DNA from: an uncultured Chloroflexia bacterium
GTDB lineage: Bacteria > Chloroflexota > Limnocylindria > QHBO01
NCBI GenBank assembly: GCA_963720505.1
Contig: CAVRFT010000006.1
Coordinates: 3,781-67,780, forward strand
Length of the DNA: 64,000 bases
Direction: 5' to 3'
Shown: positions 59,485-64,000 of the stretch, in pieces
Layout: each line of letters starts with the position of its first letter
How positions within the stretch are numbered: position 1 is the first letter of the stretch
Notes under the pieces: generated by a model
The model's input: the letters and a program-made list of their open reading frames with translations, nothing else
What the model was told of the DNA's origin: nothing
Database searches by the model: none
Made by a program: the position numbers and the translations under genes

Positions 59485-60231
59485 CTAGAGGCCCAGCTCG
59501 GCCAGGCGCATGATCAGCGGGCGGGCCTCGTGGTCGGCGCGGCGGCCAAGCTGGATGGTCTCCAGGATCTCGCCATCGCGCACCACCAGCACCCGATCGG
59601 CGTAGGCCGCGGCGCGCGCGTCATGGGTCACCAGCACGATCGTCTGGCCCAGCCGGTCGCACGAATCCCACAGCAGGTCCAGGATCTCGGTGCCGGTCGT
59701 GAAGTCCAGGTTGCCCGTCGGCTCATCGGCCAGGAGGATGGCCGGACTGGGGGCCAGGGCACGGGCCAGGGCGACTCGCTGCTGCTCGCCGGCGGACAGC
59801 TGGTCCGGTCGCTGCCCGGCCTTGTCGGCCAGTCCCACCAGCTCCAGCAGCTCATCCACGCGGTCGCGACGGTCGGCCAGCGCCGCCCCGGCGATCAGAA
59901 AGGGCAGCGCCACGTTCTCCGCCACGTTCAGCAGCGGGATGAGGTTGAAGAACTGGAAGACGAAGCCGGTCTTGGCACGTCGCGTCAGCGTCGCCTGCTC
60001 GTCGTTGAGCTGGCTGATGTTGACGCCGTCGATGACGACCTCGCCGCTGGTCGGACGGTCAAGGCCGCCCAGCAGGTGGAGCATGGTCGACTTGCCGGAG
60101 CCGGAAGCGCCCATGATCGCCACGAACTCGCCCTGCTCGACCGAGAGCGAGACCCCGTGCAGCACGTCGATGGAGCCGGCACGCAGCGGATAGCGCTTGA
60201 CCAGGTCACGCGCCTCGAGGATCACCGGCAT
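59485..60231 (-). CDS. ABC transporter ATP-binding protein (MacB/LolD-like)
   Basis: ATG 60231 (MPVILEARDLVKRY). GASGSGKST, LSAGEQQRVALARAL and ILLADEPTGNLD. Confidence 0.9.
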   Translation of the reverse strand: MPVILEARDLVKRYPLRAGSIDVLHGVSLSVEQGEFVAIMGASGSGKSTMLHLLGGLDRPTSGEVVIDGVNISQLNDEQATLTRRAKTGFVFQFFNLIPLLNVAENVALPFLIAGAALADRRDRVDELLELVGLADKAGQRPDQLSAGEQQRVALARALAPSPAILLADEPTGNLDFTTGTEILDLLWDSCDRLGQTIVLVTHDARAAAYADRVLVVRDGEILETIQLGRRADHEARPLIMRLAELGL

Positions 60232-60288
60232 CGCCGGCAGTCTAGACGGATGGTTTGGGCCCGATGCGGTCGCGTCAGCGACCATCGG

Positions 60289-61236
60289 CTAGAGGACGAA
60301 ACCGAGCAACGAGCCCAGGACGGTCTCGAACAGGCCGCGTTCCGGCGCGGCGGCGGACTCGACCCGCAGGCCGCCGGATGGGCTGGCAACGAGGCTGCTC
60401 GCAGGCGCTGCGGCGTCACCGGCGAAGGCCAGCGCCCGCACCCCCTCCGTCGATTCGCTGCCCGGCGCGGCGGCGACCATGGTGCCGCCGTTCATCGGCG
60501 ATGAGGCTCGCGGCGCAGCCGGTGCATCGACGTGCAGCGGCTTCGCGTGAGGCTTGGCGTTGTGCTCGTGGTGGGCGGGACTGGCCACGCTGCCGCCTCC
60601 CCCATCGCCACCCGACGGGGGTGGGGGTTGCGGGCTCCCACCACCGCCGCCTCCCCCCGAGGGTGGAGGCGGTGGCGGAGCCGAGGCGGCTTGCATGAAG
60701 AGCTCGGTGTAGAAGCGCGGATTGCGCTGCGTGCCAAGGAAGTTGACGTTGTCCTTGCCATAGGCGCCCACGCCGCCATGCGTGAAGCTGGGCTCCAGGA
60801 TGTTGGCGCGGTGGCCAGGCGAGTCCATGAAGCCCTGGTGGATGGCGACCGGCGAATCGGCGTCGCTGTAGCCGTTGTTCCAGCCGATGTTCTCGCCGCC
60901 CCAGCTGTACTGCAGCCCGTTCAGGTCATACCAGTGATAGACCTGGTAGCCGGTGCCCAGGATGGTGTGGTCGAAGTAGTTGCGGTCGACCTGGTCCTTG
61001 CTCCGCCATCGGGCGAGGCTGACCAGCGTCCCGTTCTGCTGCACCGCCCGGCGCCCGTTGTTGACGCGCGCGCCGTTCATCAGCTGGAAGAGCGTTGCCT
61101 CGGCCGCGCCCTGCTGCCAGCCGGTGGTCGGCGCAGGACTCGAAGCCAGGAGCATCGCGGACGCCAGCGCGACACCGGCCAGCGCCGTGGCGCGGGCGAT
61201 GGCGTGACGTGGAGTCCGGCTCCGTTGAACGGTCAA
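60289..61236 (-). CDS. secreted CAP (SCP/PR-1-like) domain protein with a Pro/Gly-rich tail
   Basis: Signal peptide, then NGARVNNGRRAV..YFDHT..GENIGWN..GFMDSPGHRANIL, then PPPPPPSGGGGGGGSPQPPPPSGGDGGGG and a hydrophobic C-terminus. TTG start. Confidence 0.8.
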   Translation of the reverse strand: MTVQRSRTPRHAIARATALAGVALASAMLLASSPAPTTGWQQGAAEATLFQLMNGARVNNGRRAVQQNGTLVSLARWRSKDQVDRNYFDHTILGTGYQVYHWYDLNGLQYSWGGENIGWNNGYSDADSPVAIHQGFMDSPGHRANILEPSFTHGGVGAYGKDNVNFLGTQRNPRFYTELFMQAASAPPPPPPSGGGGGGGSPQPPPPSGGDGGGGSVASPAHHEHNAKPHAKPLHVDAPAAPRASSPMNGGTMVAAAPGSESTEGVRALAFAGDAAAPASSLVASPSGGLRVESAAAPERGLFETVLGSLLGFVL

Positions 61237-61489
61237 AATCCGGCGCGCTCCTTTCGGTGTCAGGCGTGCTCGGGAGCAGCCATCACCCTACGACCGCCAC
61301 ACGCCAGAGGCACTAGCACGGTGGTCCGGTTGGCCCCCATGACCCAGATGCCGCTGGGTCAGGGGTGGGGTAGGACTTTCGGCCCACTGTGCGGCACTTT
61401 ACCGCTGGTGGGGCGCCGCGTCCCTGGCCGTCGAGGATGGCTGGCGGCGGCGGATAATGGTATGGCCGATGCCATGAACGGAGGGCTCC

Positions 61490-61886
61490 ATGAGCGAGCG
61501 AACGGAGAGCGCCGAAGCCCCGGAGGCGGCACAGGCGCCCAATCCCGACCAGGGCGATGGACCCTGGCCGAACGGGATGCCCTACACCGTCCAGTTCCCC
61601 GGCGAGGATGGCAAGCGCTGCAGACCTGGAGCACCCGGCGCCGCTGCCGCGGGTCGGGGACCTGGTCGAGTACATCGACGAGACCGGCGTAACGCACCGA
61701 TATCGTGTTCGCGAGGTGGTTCACACCCTGCAGACCACGGCCGCACACCGACCGCACGTCGCCGATGGAGCGGCTTCACCGCAGGCCATCGCTCGTCTGG
61801 CCGACGGGGACGCGGCAGAGCAGCCCGGTGAGGGCGGCGAGCTGCGAGCCGGCCTGCCCAAGGTGATCCTCGAGGCGGCTGACTAG
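61490..61886 (+). pseudogene. hypothetical protein, frameshifted near 61618
   Basis: GGAGGG lies 5 nt before ATG 61490. MSERTESAEAPEAAQ..PYTVQFPGEDGKR|ADLEHPAPLPRVGDLVEYIDETGVTHRYRVREVVH... Confidence 0.45.
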
Positions 61887-61961
61887 CTTGCAGCCTGCGT
61901 CAGCACCGGTGGGCATGACGCTGGCTTAACCGTGATTGCTACGCTTGCTGCGGTGGGAACC

Positions 61962-62412
61962 ATGCGCGTCCTGTTCGTCTGCACCCATAACTCGGCTCGC
62001 TCGCAGATGGCCGAGGGCTTCCTGCGGGAGTACGGCGGCGACCGTTTCGAGGTCTATTCGGCCGGGACCGTGGCCACCGTGGTGCATCCCGAGGCGATCA
62101 AGGCCATGGCCGAGGTCGGAATCGACATCTCGCGCCACGAAAGCAAGACCGTGGAGCGATACCTGGGCGAGTCGTTCGCCTGGGTGATCACCGTCTGTGA
62201 TCAGGCACGCGAGGCGTGCCCGGTATTTCCCGGCGCTGACGAGACGGCCCACTGGGGATTCGACGACCCCTCGGCGGCGACCGGTGACGAGGCCGCACGG
62301 ATGGCCGTATTTCGCCGGGTTCGGGACGAGATCGCCAGGCGCGTCCGCATGTTCGCCCTGGCGGCCGGGCGCGGCGACGTCCCCGAACGGCCAGACCACC
62401 ATCCTGGGCTAG
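61962..62412 (+). CDS. arsC: arsenate reductase, LMW-PTP (thioredoxin-coupled) type; 3' end uncertain
   Basis: MRVLFVCTHNSARSQMAEG (CX5R loop)..VITVCDQAREACPVFPG..WGFDDP. As sequenced it reads in frame through the arsR operator into arsR. The next frame stops at 62410..62412. Confidence 0.8.
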
Positions 62413-62452
62413 CGACCCGACCGACTGGCCCGCCTCACCCGCGTCACGCCAC

Positions 62453-62477
62453 ATATATTGACATCCGTCGATATAAT
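62453..62477 (+). promoter_or_regulatory. AT-rich imperfect palindrome ATATATTGAC-atcc-GTCGATATAA overlapping a perfect TATAAT -10; candidate ArsR operator plus leaderless arsR promoter
   Basis: The arms match 8 of 10. TATAAT (62472..62477) lies 6 nt before ATG 62484. This is the most AT-rich 25 nt in this part of the window. Confidence 0.55.
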
Positions 62478-62483
62478 GGCGGC

Positions 62484-62778
62484 ATGAAAGCCACCGATCC
62501 CGAGGTCCAGCTGCTGCAGGCCATGGCCGACCCGGTCCGGCTTTCGATCGTCCGTCAGCTGGCCGCCGGCGATGACGCCGTCTGCGCGTGCGACTTCACC
62601 GAGTGCTGCACCGTCAGCCAGCCCACCGTCAGCCATCACCTGAAGGTCCTGCGCGATGCCGGCGTGGTCACCACCCGCCGCCAGGGCACCTACATCTATT
62701 ACCGGCTGGCCCCCGACTTCGCGCAGCGCTGGGCCAACCTCGAGCGCCGGCCTGGCCGGCCTGGTGGCAATCGCCTGA
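62484..62778 (+). pseudogene. arsR: ArsR/SmtB family metalloregulator; 3' end shifted near 62745
   Basis: LLQAMADPVRLSIVRQLAAGDDAVCACDFTECCTVSQPTVSHHLKVLRDAGVV. The corrected tail ..WANLEAGLAGLVAIA* stops at 62778, 15 nt before arsM, which has a GGAG Shine-Dalgarno sequence. Confidence 0.8.
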
Positions 62779-62793
62779 ATCGAGGAGCGTCCG

Positions 62794-63580
62794 ATGAGCC
62801 TACCCACCGAATCCACCATCCACGAGGAGGTCCGTCAGCGCTACGCGGCCTCGGCTCGCCAGGTCATGGCGTCCGGCGACGCCGCCTGCTGTGGCGAGCA
62901 GGGCATCGGCGCCGAGCTGTACAGCGTCCTCGAGAGGCAGGAGCTGCCCGATGCGGCCGTGCTCGCCTCACTGGGCTGCGGCAACCCCACCGCCGTGGCC
63001 GAGCTGCGGGAGGGCGAGCGGGTGCTCGACCTCGGTTCGGGCGGCGGCATCGACGTGCTCCTGTCGGCGAAGCGCGTGGGGCCGAGCGGTCGCGCCATCG
63101 GCCTGGACATGACCGACGAGATGCTGGCCCTGGCTCAGCGCAATGCCGCGCAGGCCGGCGCCACGAACGTCGAGTTCCTCAAGGGCCACATCGAGGCGAT
63201 CCCGCTCCCGGCCGATTCGATCGATGTGGTGATCAGCAACTGCGTGATCAACCTGGCCGCCGACAAGCCGGCGGTGTTCCGCGAGATCGCCAGGGTGCTC
63301 AAGCCCGGTGGGCGGATGGGCGTCAGCGACATCGTGGCGGAGGACTCCCTGACCGCGGCCGAGCGGGCGGAGCGCGGGTCGTATGTCGGCTGCATCGCTG
63401 GCGCGCTGTCGTTCAGCGAGTACGAGGCGGGCCTGACGGCCGCCGGCCTGGAGCGACGTCTCGGTCACGCCGACCCACGCGGTCGCGGACGGCATGCACA
63501 GCGCCATCGTCAAGGCCACCAAGCCGATGACTGCCACGCCATCGGTCCAACTCTCGAACAGGCCGGCGAGCTGCCGCTAG
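62794..63580 (+). pseudogene. arsM: arsenite S-adenosylmethionine methyltransferase, frameshifted near 63453
   Basis: LGCGNP, then [12 protein letters not shown] (SAM motif I), then VISNCVINL, then GCIAGAL, then GLE|[24 protein letters not shown]. The shifted frame stops at TAG 63578. A Cys-rich tail follows in the same frame, ending at 63619. Confidence 0.85.
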
Positions 63581-63641
63581 GCCGCCACCGGATGCTGCGG
63601 CGGGGACGGCTGCTGCTGACGTTCGCCGCGTGACGAGGTGT

Positions 63642-63718
63642 TGGGGTGGCCTACGGGTTTCGAACCCGTAACCTTCGGAGCCACAATCCGATGCTCTGCC
63701 AGTTGAGCTAAGGCCACC
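63642..63718 (-). tRNA. tRNA-His (anticodon GTG) with encoded G-1 and CCA
   Basis: G/GTGGCCT/TA/GCTC-AACTGGCA-GAGC/A/TCGGA-TTGTGGC-TCCGA/AGGTT/ACGGG-TTCGAAA-CCCGT/AGGCCAC/C/CCA. G-1 pairs with C73, as in bacterial tRNA-His. Confidence 0.95.
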
Positions 63719-63880
63719 ACGCAGTCGCTCGCACGCCGAACCGGGAAGACACGGCGCGGGCGCGCGACGATATTACTATGCGCGGCCGCCACGCTCCTCA
63801 CGCCTGGCGTACACCGGCGTTGCACCCGGGCACCGAAGCAATGGTCACCGCAAGGTCGATGGGCGTAGCCGTGCTGCGCA

Positions 63881-64000
63881 ATGGCACGCTCGACGCGCAT
63901 CGCGATCCTGCTCGGCACGCTGCTGATCGTCGTGGCAGGCACCGCGCTCGCCACCCAGGTGGTCGAGGCCGGGTGGCACCGAGACGCTGGCCGACGAGCC
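63881..64000 (+). CDS. 5' end of a secreted or membrane protein gene; continues past the right edge
   Basis: ATG 63881: MARSTRIAILLGTLLIVVAGTALATQVVEAG..., a signal-peptide-like N-terminus. Only 40 codons are visible. Confidence 0.35.
   Translation, partial: MARSTRIAILLGTLLIVVAGTALATQVVEAGWHRDAGRRA

Noticed and set aside
62458-62463. TTGACA upstream of arsR as a -35 box
   Set aside because: It lies only 8 nt from the TATAAT box, and a sigma-70 spacer needs 16-18 nt. It is better explained as the left arm of the operator palindrome.
63771-63880. Leaderless ATG at 63778 after TATTACT as the true start of the right-edge gene
   Set aside because: The putative -10 box ends 1 nt before the ATG, which is too close for a transcription start. 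The translated sequence (MRGRHAPHAWRTPALHPG...) is not protein-like. Only the signal-peptide-like ORF from 63881 is reported.
63577-63954. 125-aa minus-strand ORF from the track
   Set aside because: It overlaps tRNA-His completely and the arsM tail, has no motifs, and is a high-GC artefact.
1-64000. CRISPR arrays, IS elements or transposases, prophage genes, toxin-antitoxin pairs and known defence systems
   Set aside because: Reading both strands, I saw no regularly spaced direct repeats, no transposase, integrase or phage structural motifs, and no defence-system signature domains. The only tandem repeat is the 2 x 60 nt coding repeat at 39669..39788.

Overview
High-GC (about 70%) bacterial chromosomal segment. 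Gene content and many leaderless-looking starts suggest an actinobacterium-like lineage, but that is inference only. I can support about 60 protein genes and 2 tRNAs (Arg-TCG, His-GTG). I saw no rRNA, CRISPR array, transposase or integrase.

Gene blocks, left to right:
- M16 peptidase pair.
- Aminotransferase, sensor kinase and J-domain protein on the minus strand.
- Cyanophycin locus: cphB-cphA, plus a convergent CphA paralogue that has the N and Mur-ligase domains but no ATP-grasp domain.
- M20 peptidase, thioesterase, lpd, E1alpha, E1beta, DinB, E2 (a 2-oxoacid dehydrogenase operon).
- A badly degraded surface-protein gene and a GGDEF/HD-GYP gene.
- AlkD-like repair protein and a CopB-type Cu ATPase.
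- lipA-lipB and two MBL-fold hydrolases.
- PadR plus a DrrABC-like exporter.
- pgsA, plsY, ndh, aceE.
- A J-domain/zinc-ribbon protein.
- An AT-rich promoter island feeding a hidden 50-codon ORF, then DUF2089, DUF4097, a SHOCT-like protein, an MFS transporter and an ABC-2 transporter.
- APC permease, CHRD protein, GT-C glycosyltransferase.
- tRNA-Arg, a heterodimeric ABC exporter, a Calx-beta protein.
- DUF296 plus a MacB-type ABC transporter, and a CAP-domain protein.
- arsC-arsR-arsM, then tRNA-His.

The dominant technical signal is roughly 45 single-base frameshifts, almost all of the one-extra-base type, spread over about 27 genes including essential ones. I list those genes as pseudogenes as sequenced, but I suspect consensus or assembly errors.

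Best candidates for new biology:
- The G-domain-less CphA paralogue inside the cyanophycin locus.
- The DUF2089/DUF4097/SHOCT/MFS/ABC module with its small upstream ORF.
- The compact leaderless promoter architecture, including a palindromic bidirectional -10 element.

All function calls rest on motifs I recognise by eye. No searches were run.
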